From assembly GCA_963649665.1 (NCBI GenBank), contig CAVJJO010000001.1:6435-70434 (forward strand): a DNA stretch of 64,000 nucleotides, written 5' to 3'. Positions 56,659 to 64,000 of this stretch are shown one piece after another. The stretch comes from Bacteroidaceae bacterium. GTDB taxonomy: Bacteria > Bacteroidota > Bacteroidia > Bacteroidales > Bacteroidaceae. Each line of letters opens with the position of its first letter. The first letter of the stretch is position 1. The notes beneath the pieces were generated by a model that saw nothing but the letters and a program-made list of their open reading frames with translations, made no database searches and was not told where the DNA came from. Position numbers and translations under genes: made by a program.

Positions 56659-56840
56659 AATTGGGGCTGTTGTGCCTTCTTGTTGAATGGCCTTTTTGCA
56701 AAAGTAATGTCTTTCCTCCATATCTGCAAACTTTGTGGACTGAGGAAATGTTTTTCGTGCGGACGGCATTGCACAGAAAGCCGCCATAGATTTAGGGGAA
56801 TCCAGGGCGGCTTTCATATCGTGTGTGTGGTAAGTGTCGC

Positions 56841-58640
56841 TTATTCGCGGTTGGCGCGCTTGCGGGCAAGGTGGTCGAGGAGAATCTTGCGCATGCGCAT
56901 GGACTTGGGCGTAACTTCTACGTATTCGTCTTCCTTGATGTATTCGAGTGCTTCTTCAAGTGAGAAGATGACGGGCGGGATGATGCGGGCCTTGTCGTCG
57001 GCACCCGAAGCGCGCATGTTGGTAAGCTGCTTGGCCTTCGTCACGTTCACCACGAGGTCGTTGTCGTGAACGTGTTCGCCTACTACTTGGCCGGCATAGA
57101 CCTCATCCTGCGGGTTGATGAAGAAGCGACCGCGGTCCTGAAGTTTGTCGATGGCGTAGGCAAATGCTGTACCCGTTTCGAGGGAAATCATGGAGCCGTT
57201 GGAGCGGCGCTGGATTTCGCCCTTGAAGGGCTGGTATTCCTTGAAGCGGTGGGCCATGATGGCTTCGCCCTGCGATGCGGTGAGCACGTTGGTACGCAGA
57301 CCGATAATGCCGCGTGAGGGGATGTCGAACTCAATGTCCACACGGTCGCCCATGCTCTGCATGGAGGTCATTTCGCCTTTGCGACGCGTCACCATGTCGA
57401 TCATTTTGGAGGAGAACTCTTCGGGCACGTTGATGGTGAGTTCTTCGATAGGCTCGCACTTTTCGCCGTCGATTTCTTTGTAGATAACCTGGGGCTGACC
57501 CACCTGAAGCTCGTAGCCTTCGCGGCGCATCGTCTCTACGAGGATGGAGAGGTGGAGCACACCGCGTCCGCTTACTATCCAGCTACCTTCGGTTTCGCAG
57601 CTGCGAACGCGCAGGGCGAGGTCTTTTTCGAGTTCCTTGGCAAGGCGGTCGCCGATGTGGCGTGAGGTGCAGTATTTGCCTTCCTTGCCGAAGAAGGGTG
57701 AGTCGTTGATGGTGAAGAGCATCGACATGGTAGGTTCGTCGATGGCTATGGTGGGAAGGGGTTCGGGGTTTTCGAAGTCGCAGATGGTGTCGCCGATTTC
57801 AAATCGTTCAAGACCTACCACTGCGCAGATGTCGCCCGAGCTTACTTCGTCGGTCTTCTGGCGGCCCATGCCTTCGAAGGTGTGTACTTCCTTTATCTGT
57901 GTTTTCTCAAGTGTGCCGTCGCGGTGGGCGATGGTGCACTTCATTCCTTCGCGGATGGTGCCGCGGTGAACGCGTCCCACGGCGATGCGGCCCGTGTAGT
58001 TGGAGTAGTCGAGCGAGGTGATGAGCATTTGGGGCGTGCCTTCGAGCTGCTCGGGGGCGGGGATTACTTCAATGATTTTGTCGAGCAGATAGTTGATGTT
58101 GTCTGTCGGCGTGTTGTAGTCTTCGCCCATCCATCCGTTCTTGGCCGAACCGTACACTACGGGGAAATCGAGCTGGTCTTCGGTGGCGTTGAGGTCGCAC
58201 ATGAGGTCGAACACCATTTCGTATACTTCTTCGGGGCGGCAGTTGGGTTTGTCCACCTTGTTGACCACCACGATGGGTTTGAGGCCAATCTGGAGTGCTT
58301 TCTGCAAGACGAAACGCGTTTGGGGCATGGGGCCTTCGAAGGCGTCGACGAGGAGAATGCAACCGTCGGCCATGTTGAGCACGCGTTCCACCTCACCGCC
58401 GAAGTCGGAGTGACCCGGAGTGTCGATGATGTTGATTTTGGTGTCCTTATAACGGATAGACACGTTCTTGGAGAGGATGGTTATACCGCGTTCGCGTTCA
58501 AGGTCGTTGTTGTCGAGGATAAGTTCGCCGGCGTTCTGGTTCTTGCGGAAGAGGTTTCCTGCAAGCAGCATCTTGTCCACGAGCGTAGTCTTTCCGTGGT
58601 CTACGTGGGCAATGATGGCGATGTTACGAATGTCTTGCAT
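56841..58640 (-). CDS. typA: translational GTPase TypA/BipA
   Basis: IRNIAIIAHVDHGKTTL, RGITI, DTPGH, NKVD, GRGVLHL, KQLTNMRASG. Confidence 0.98.
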   Translation of the reverse strand: MQDIRNIAIIAHVDHGKTTLVDKMLLAGNLFRKNQNAGELILDNNDLERERGITILSKNVSIRYKDTKINIIDTPGHSDFGGEVERVLNMADGCILLVDAFEGPMPQTRFVLQKALQIGLKPIVVVNKVDKPNCRPEEVYEMVFDLMCDLNATEDQLDFPVVYGSAKNGWMGEDYNTPTDNINYLLDKIIEVIPAPEQLEGTPQMLITSLDYSNYTGRIAVGRVHRGTIREGMKCTIAHRDGTLEKTQIKEVHTFEGMGRQKTDEVSSGDICAVVGLERFEIGDTICDFENPEPLPTIAIDEPTMSMLFTINDSPFFGKEGKYCTSRHIGDRLAKELEKDLALRVRSCETEGSWIVSGRGVLHLSILVETMRREGYELQVGQPQVIYKEIDGEKCEPIEELTINVPEEFSSKMIDMVTRRKGEMTSMQSMGDRVDIEFDIPSRGIIGLRTNVLTASQGEAIMAHRFKEYQPFKGEIQRRSNGSMISLETGTAFAYAIDKLQDRGRFFINPQDEVYAGQVVGEHVHDNDLVVNVTKAKQLTNMRASGADDKARIIPPVIFSLEEALEYIKEDEYVEVTPKSMRMRKILLDHLARKRANRE

Positions 58641-58671
58641 AAAAAAGTTAGTCTAATACCTATGTTTCAGT

Positions 58672-58802
58672 GTGCAAAGTTACTGCAAGGTGAGCGAAGA
58701 GCAAAGAAAAGGAACTTTTATTTGCTCTTCCGAACCGCAGCGTAACTTCGCGAAGCAAAGTGCAAGGTGAGCGAAGAGCAAAGAAAAGGAACTTTTATTT
58801 GC
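58672..58802 (-). repeat. 77-bp tandem hairpin repeat (about 1.5 units) carrying the typA -7 box
   Basis: TGCAAGGTGAGCGAAGAGCAAAGAAAAGGAACTTTTATTTGC at 58684 and 58761; homologous to the 11908-12180 unit; TAACTTTG (minus strand) at 58675-58682. Confidence 0.9.
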
Positions 58803-58825
58803 ATTGGTCTGAAGCGTATGGGTGA

Positions 58826-58960
58826 CGTTTGCAGCTGCCTATGGGGGTGACGTTTTCAAAACGTCACGCTTTACGCTGACGTATACGCGCGTATATTAAT
58901 AATGTGTAGTATACAAAGCGCTGCGCATGGAGTCTTGCCCCCCATGCGCTTCGCACCATC
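58826..58960. repeat. REP-like units
   Basis: 58826-58874 is an inverted near-copy of 12885-12933 (3 mismatches in 49 nt); 58895-58960 resembles 12989-13048. Confidence 0.8.
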
Positions 58961-59016
58961 TCCCTAAACCACGAACTTGAATATAAGCGCCTAGCGCGTT
59001 CTCGGTTCTCGGCTTG

Positions 59017-59385
59017 TGTTAACCCCGCTTTCACTATTGTTAAATTTGTGACTTTTTATTGACAATCGGCTTTCTCAAACTAGAAAAAGAAAGGGCGCTT
59101 TTGAAGCGTTGAAAGTCTCGTTTTTCAACTTCAAGGCGGTTTGTAGAAATTCCAAGGCATCCCAACGTGTTGGGCCTAAGGGGAGTTTTTTCTAGATGCC
59201 TTGGAATTTTTGCCAAAATAGGGGCTGTTTTGCCTCCATTAAAGGGCGGTTTTTGGAGATGCTTGAATAATATTCTTGAATAGTGAAATAGCTTTCGATA
59301 ATCTAAACTTTTCTGCGCGCTGAGAATCGCGTATTTGCGAGCGACTGGGCAGCCGGTGATTTCTACGCGATTTTCAGTGTTAAAA
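59017..59385 (-). repeat. ~370-bp dispersed element, copy D
   Basis: Ends GGTGATTTCTACGCGATTTTCAGTGTTAAAA; contains AAATTCCAAGGC...GCCTTGGAATTT. Confidence 0.85.
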
Positions 59386-59547
59386 AACGGCCGTTGCCGC
59401 AGGGTGCGCCTAAGAGTTCGTTGTGGCCGAAACTTCAGCACTTTAGAACCTTTTGCAGGCACTACACGTCGGGAAGTAAAAAATAATTGTACTTTTGCCA
59501 CTTGAAAAAAGCATCATCTCAAACTATTATTCAGACCCACACATTTT

Positions 59548-60132
59548 ATGGAAAAGCTTAGCTACGCTCTCGGTATGGTCATCGGCCATAACCTCAAGGG
59601 CATGGGCGTGAACACGCTCGGTGCCGACTTTGCACAGGCCGTCAACGACGTGCTCAATGGCGAAACTCCCAAAATGACCGACCAGGAAGCACAGCAACTC
59701 GTAGGCAACTTCCTTCAGAAGCAGCAGGAAGAAGCCGGAAAGGCCGTTCGCGAAGACGGCGAGAAGTTCCTTGCCGAAAACGCACAGAAAGAAGGCGTCA
59801 CCGTGCTTCCCAGCGGACTCCAGTACACCGTAATCAAAGAAGGCGAAGGCCGCAAGCCTAAAGCTACCGACCGCGTGAAGTGTCACTACGAAGGCACGCT
59901 CCCCAACGGCACCGTGTTCGACTCGTCCTACCGCCGCGGCGAACCCGCCGTGTTCCCCCTCAACGGCGTCATTGCCGGATGGACCGAAGGCGTGCAGCTC
60001 ATGAGCGAAGGCGCCAAGTACCGCTTCTTCATCCCCTACCACCTTGCCTATGGTGAGCGCGGTGCCGGACAGGCCATCCCTCCCTATGCCGCTCTCGTCT
60101 TTGACGTGGAGCTCATCAGCATTGAAGACTAA
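59548..60132 (+). CDS. FKBP-type PPIase (FklB-like, no signal peptide)
   Basis: SYALG, SGLQY, HYEGTL...VFDSS, VIAGW, LAYG; TACTTTTG box at 59490-59497. Confidence 0.93.
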   Translation: MEKLSYALGMVIGHNLKGMGVNTLGADFAQAVNDVLNGETPKMTDQEAQQLVGNFLQKQQEEAGKAVREDGEKFLAENAQKEGVTVLPSGLQYTVIKEGEGRKPKATDRVKCHYEGTLPNGTVFDSSYRRGEPAVFPLNGVIAGWTEGVQLMSEGAKYRFFIPYHLAYGERGAGQAIPPYAALVFDVELISIED

Positions 60133-60155
60133 CAGGAATAAAACAAACATCATAT

Positions 60156-61019
60156 ATGAAAAAGATTTTCCTGGCAACAGCAGTTGCCTTCACGGCTCTT
60201 TTGAGTTCGTGCAACAATGGTACACCGAAGGCCAACATGAAGACCGACGTCGACACCCTCAGCTACGAAATGGGTATGCTCATGTCACCGGGCGAACAGG
60301 TGACCGGCTACCTCGCACAGGCTGGTAGCGACTCTTCCTATGTGGATGAATACATCAAAGGTTTCGCCGAAGGCGTGAAGGCCGGCGACAACAAGAAGAA
60401 GATGGCTTACTACATGGGTGTAATGCAGGGTATGCAGACCAAGATGCAGATGCCCCAGCTTGAGCAGCAGGTATTCTCTGCCGACACCACCAAGAAGGTG
60501 AGCCTCAAGAACTTCCTCTCTGGCTACGTGGCTACCATCAAGAACAAGACGGCGCTCGAACGCGACGGACAGCTCGTTGACAAGCAGGCTGCCAACAAGC
60601 ACATTATGGACTACATGTTCAGCAAGCAGAAGACGGAGTCCGAGAAGTTCATTGCCGACAAGGCAAAGGAAGCCGGCGTGAACAAACTCGCTGAAGGCGT
60701 ACTTTACAAGGTAATCACTCCGAGCACCAGCACCGAACGTGCCTCGCTCAACGACTCTGCCGTAATTGTGAAATACGAAGGCCGACTCGCCAACGGAACC
60801 GTGTTCGACTCCTCTGAAAGCCAGGAAGGCGGCGTGGCTAAGCTCAACCTGAAGAACGTCATCAAGGGTTGGCAGGTGGCCATTCCCCAAATGCCCGTGG
60901 GCGCAACGTGGGAAATCTACATCCCCTACACTGCAGGTTACGGCGAAAGCGGCACAGGTCCCATTCCTCCCTTCTCTGCACTCGTGTTCAAGATTACGCT
61001 CGTAGGCGTAAGCAAGTAA
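60156..61019 (+). CDS. FKBP-type PPIase, lipoprotein
   Basis: Lipobox LSSC; DTLSY, YEGRL...VFDSS, VIKGW, IPPFSALVF. Confidence 0.9.
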   Translation: MKKIFLATAVAFTALLSSCNNGTPKANMKTDVDTLSYEMGMLMSPGEQVTGYLAQAGSDSSYVDEYIKGFAEGVKAGDNKKKMAYYMGVMQGMQTKMQMPQLEQQVFSADTTKKVSLKNFLSGYVATIKNKTALERDGQLVDKQAANKHIMDYMFSKQKTESEKFIADKAKEAGVNKLAEGVLYKVITPSTSTERASLNDSAVIVKYEGRLANGTVFDSSESQEGGVAKLNLKNVIKGWQVAIPQMPVGATWEIYIPYTAGYGESGTGPIPPFSALVFKITLVGVSK

Positions 61020-61095
61020 TAGCCAAACATTCGTACAGACGGGCCGGCTGCCACAAGCGGCGGGCTCGTTTGCACATGATATACACACATCCATC

Positions 61096-62010
61096 ATGCA
61101 ACTCAAATCAGTTCTCGTAGTGGCAATGGCCGCACTCCTCTGCGTGCCCGCCATGGCCCAGAAGAAGGCCAAAAAGGCTGCCAAGGGCAAGAAAGCCGTG
61201 GCTGCAGCCACACTCACTCCCGCTCTCAAGAGCGTCGACGGAAAAACGTTCAGCTACGCCCTCGGTGTGGCACAGGGACAGAGCCTCAAGCAGTATCTCA
61301 TCCAGCGCGAAGGCGTTGACTCCGCTTTTGTAAAAGACGCAATGGAAGGCATGACCGCCACCATCAGCGACACCGAACGCAAGCAGAAGGTGGCCTACGC
61401 TGCCGGTCTGCGCATTGGTGAGATGAACCAGCGCAACCTCGTGATGTTCAACAAGCAGGCCGTAGGCAAGCAGGACTCTGCCTACGTTGACCTCGCCACC
61501 TTCCAGCAGGCTCTTGCCGCCGCCGCCCTCGGTCAGTCTACCGCCATCACTGCCGACAGCGCCATGAAGGTTGTGGAACAGCAGTTCCAGTACCAGCAGA
61601 CGGTCTATAAGAACCTCAACACGCAGTGGCTCGACAACAACAAGAAGGAGAAAGGTGTGAAGACGCTCGCAAGCGGTCTTCAGTACCGTGTGCTCACCGA
61701 AGGCAAGGGCGCCATTGCCACCGACTCCACCGAAGTGGAAGTCCACTACGAAGGTTCGCTCATCGATGGCACCGTGTTCGACTCCTCCTACAAGCGCGGC
61801 ACTCCCGCTACGTTCCGTCCCAACCAGGTAATCAAGGGTTGGAAGGAAGCGCTCACCATGATGCCCGAAGGCTCCGTTTGGAATCTCTACATTCCCGCCG
61901 AGCTCGGTTACGGCGAACGTGGTGCAGGACAGAACATTCCCGGAAACTCCACGCTCATCTTCAAGGTGGAAGTTATCAAAGTAAAGACAGCCGACGCTGC
62001 AAAGAAATAA
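61096..62010 (+). CDS. FKBP-type PPIase, SPI signal peptide
   Basis: AMA-Q cleavage site, SYALG, SGLQY, HYEG...FDSSY, VIKGW, IPGNSTLIF. Confidence 0.92.
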   Translation: MQLKSVLVVAMAALLCVPAMAQKKAKKAAKGKKAVAAATLTPALKSVDGKTFSYALGVAQGQSLKQYLIQREGVDSAFVKDAMEGMTATISDTERKQKVAYAAGLRIGEMNQRNLVMFNKQAVGKQDSAYVDLATFQQALAAAALGQSTAITADSAMKVVEQQFQYQQTVYKNLNTQWLDNNKKEKGVKTLASGLQYRVLTEGKGAIATDSTEVEVHYEGSLIDGTVFDSSYKRGTPATFRPNQVIKGWKEALTMMPEGSVWNLYIPAELGYGERGAGQNIPGNSTLIFKVEVIKVKTADAAKK

Positions 62011-62035
62011 GCGTCGCCAAGCGATGCGCATAAGA

Positions 62036-62073
62036 AAAGCGCCCATGGAAAGTAGCATTTCCATGGGCGCTTT
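62036..62073. terminator. terminator after the FKBP operon
   Basis: AAAGCGCCCATGGAAA...TTTCCATGGGCGCTTT. Confidence 0.75.
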
Positions 62074-62112
62074 GTCTCTGATTGAGAAATACCTTGGTTG
62101 AAAATCCGGCCT

Positions 62113-62152
62113 CGTCTGTCAAGACGGGAGTCTTGACCTCCATGCGCTTCGC
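62113..62152 (+). repeat. REP-like unit
   Basis: CGTCT-GTCAAGAC-GGGA-GTCTTGAC-CTCCATGCGCTTCGC. Confidence 0.85.
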
Positions 62153-62188
62153 CTTAGCAAGGCACAAGTTGTCCTTTTGGCTCGTTGC

Positions 62189-63043
62189 CTACCTCTCCTT
62201 CATTGCTCCACACATGCGCGGATTGCCAAAAGCGTCGTCGCGCACTTCCTCCTTCACCAGGCCCGAGCGGTGGAACAGTTCAGCCGTGGCGTCGGCGTAG
62301 GCACGGTTTGTTTCCACCAAAAGCCATCCTTCAGGGCGTAAAGCGCGTTGCGCACCCTGCGCCAAGGCGCGGTAGAAAAGCAGCGGGTCGCTGTCCGGCA
62401 CGAAGAGCGCCAGCGAGGGCTCGTAGTCGAGCACGTGGCTTTCCATTTCGGCACGCTCGCGCACGCATATATAAGGAGGGTTGCTCACGATGAGGTCGAA
62501 GCCTTCGCCCCCAGACCATGGCTCCAGCGCGTTGCGTTCTTCAAAATGCACGTCTGCGCCGAGCGCTTCGGCGTTGCCTCGCGCCACGGCAAGCGCTTCG
62601 CGGCTCACGTCCCAAGCCTCCACGTATGCCTCGGGCAACGCCAGTTTCAGGCTCACCGCAATGCATCCCGACCCCGTTCCCACGTCAAGAATGCGCAGCG
62701 GGCGCGGCAGCTCGTTCGCCACATCCACGGCCCATGCCACCAGTTCTTCCGTTTCGGGACGCGGTATGAGCACATCAGAGCAAACGCGGAAGCGGCGGCC
62801 GCAAAACCATGCCGTCCCCAGCGCATACTGCACTGGCACACCGCGCACCAGCGCTTCACATATATTGGCGAAGCGCTTGCGCGTTTCTTCTGAAAATTGG
62901 CTAACTTTGCCCGCATAAATGTCGGTGCGCGTCAAGCCCGCCAACTCTTCCATCACAAGGAATGCCACGGCGCGGGCCTCGCCCTCACCGCACACAGGCA
63001 CGAGGCTGTCGCGCAGTTGCACGAATTCTTCTGTCATAGTCAT
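62189..63043 (-). CDS. prmC: release factor glutamine methyltransferase
   Basis: PVQY, VLIPRPETE, LDVGTGSGCIA, SNPPY. Confidence 0.96.
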   Translation of the reverse strand: MTMTEEFVQLRDSLVPVCGEGEARAVAFLVMEELAGLTRTDIYAGKVSQFSEETRKRFANICEALVRGVPVQYALGTAWFCGRRFRVCSDVLIPRPETEELVAWAVDVANELPRPLRILDVGTGSGCIAVSLKLALPEAYVEAWDVSREALAVARGNAEALGADVHFEERNALEPWSGGEGFDLIVSNPPYICVRERAEMESHVLDYEPSLALFVPDSDPLLFYRALAQGAQRALRPEGWLLVETNRAYADATAELFHRSGLVKEEVRDDAFGNPRMCGAMKER

Positions 63044-63143
63044 TGAATCTTTAGGGAACGCGATTCCCTGAATGTATTATCCGTTGCGTACAAAGTTACT
63101 AAAAAACGTATTGTCGCACCTTTCCCTTCCTTTAAGTAGAACC

Positions 63144-64000
63144 ATGCTTCATGAAGACTATATGCGCCGTTGCATCCAACTTGCCCAGCAAGGACAGATG
63201 CACGCCGCGCCCAACCCCATGGTCGGAGCCGTCATTGTAAGTGGCGGACGCATCATCGGCGAAGGTTTCCACACTTGCTGCGGAAAACCCCATGCCGAGG
63301 TCAACGCCATCAACTCCGTCCGCCCCGAGGACCGTCCGCTTCTCAGCGACGCCACGCTCTACGTCAGCCTTGAGCCCTGTGCCCACTATGGCCGCACGCC
63401 GCCTTGCGCGCTGCTCATCGTGCGAACGGGCATTCCCCGTGTGGTGGTGGGCTGTGTGGACCCCTTCGCCAAAGTGCAGGGGCGCGGCATACAGATTCTT
63501 CGCGAAGCAGGAGTGGAAGTCACCGTGGGTGTGCTTGAAGAAGAATGCCGCCGCCTCAACCGCCGCTTCATCACGGCACAGACGGAAGGCCGCCCCTTTG
63601 TCACCCTCAAGTGGGCACGTTCGGCCGACGGCTTTCTCGACGCTTGGCGCGAGTCGGCCGACGAAGCGCCGGCGCGTCTCTCCACGCCCCATTCCCTTAT
63701 GCGCGTGCATCACCTGCGCGCCCTACATCAGGCCATCCTCGTAGGGCATGCCACGCTGAGGCTCGACCGTCCCCACCTCGACGTGCGCCACTGGGCAGGC
63801 GAAAGTCCGCTGCGGGTGGTGCTGGGACGTGTGGCGGAGGGAGAACTCCCCGCAGGTTTTCAGGCCTATGCCGACATCGATACCATGCTCTCCGACCTCC
63901 ATCGCCAAGGCGTGCAGTCGCTCCTCGTGGAAGGCGGTCAGCAAACGCTCCAGAGTTTCATCGACCGCGGCTTGTGGAACGAAGCCTGGGTGGAACTCTC
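63144..64000 (+). CDS. ribD: riboflavin biosynthesis deaminase/reductase (partial, runs off the window end)
   Basis: Absent from the ORF track. Manual translation gives MLHEDYMRRCIQLA...PNPMVGAVIV...HAEVNAI...YVSLEPCAHYGRTPPCA...LKWARSADG...LLVEGG. Confidence 0.95.
   Translation, partial: MLHEDYMRRCIQLAQQGQMHAAPNPMVGAVIVSGGRIIGEGFHTCCGKPHAEVNAINSVRPEDRPLLSDATLYVSLEPCAHYGRTPPCALLIVRTGIPRVVVGCVDPFAKVQGRGIQILREAGVEVTVGVLEEECRRLNRRFITAQTEGRPFVTLKWARSADGFLDAWRESADEAPARLSTPHSLMRVHHLRALHQAILVGHATLRLDRPHLDVRHWAGESPLRVVLGRVAEGELPAGFQAYADIDTMLSDLHRQGVQSLLVEGGQQTLQSFIDRGLWNEAWVEL

Overview
Core chromosomal window from a GC-rich Bacteroidales genome, probably Prevotellaceae (inferred from TAnnTTTG promoter boxes, no Shine-Dalgarno motifs, T9SS-type C-terminal domains and gene order). 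Housekeeping genes: ilvB, ilvD, rnr, tRNA-Pro(GGG), tRNA-Arg(CCT), gltX, waaA with two glycosyltransferases and recX, rpsO, skp-murI, the dut-TPR-DUF4292-EnvC-like-LpxL-like operon, dGTPase, metG, mdh, an MsbA-like exporter, typA, three FKBP PPIases, prmC and ribD. Secreted or accessory genes: a GLPGLI protein with an outer-membrane barrel, a transglutaminase/LRR lipoprotein, a GH85 ENGase, two tandem ~1,450-aa adhesin-like proteins, an M6 metalloprotease and an Rpn-family nuclease. No integrase, RAYT, IS transposase, CRISPR array or phage gene was seen. The most unusual content is non-coding. (1) A 77-83 bp tandem hairpin element, present at two unrelated loci, whose 3' arm contains the -7 promoter box of the downstream gene and whose stem shows compensatory base changes. 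(2) A GTAG-type REP/REPIN-like family with fixed flanks and interchangeable hairpins. (3) Four diverged copies of a ~350-370 bp element with a 31-bp near-invariant end and 21-bp-phased internal repeats. (4) A candidate ~240-nt sRNA next to rpsO. All calls come from reading the sequence by eye; no database searches were run.
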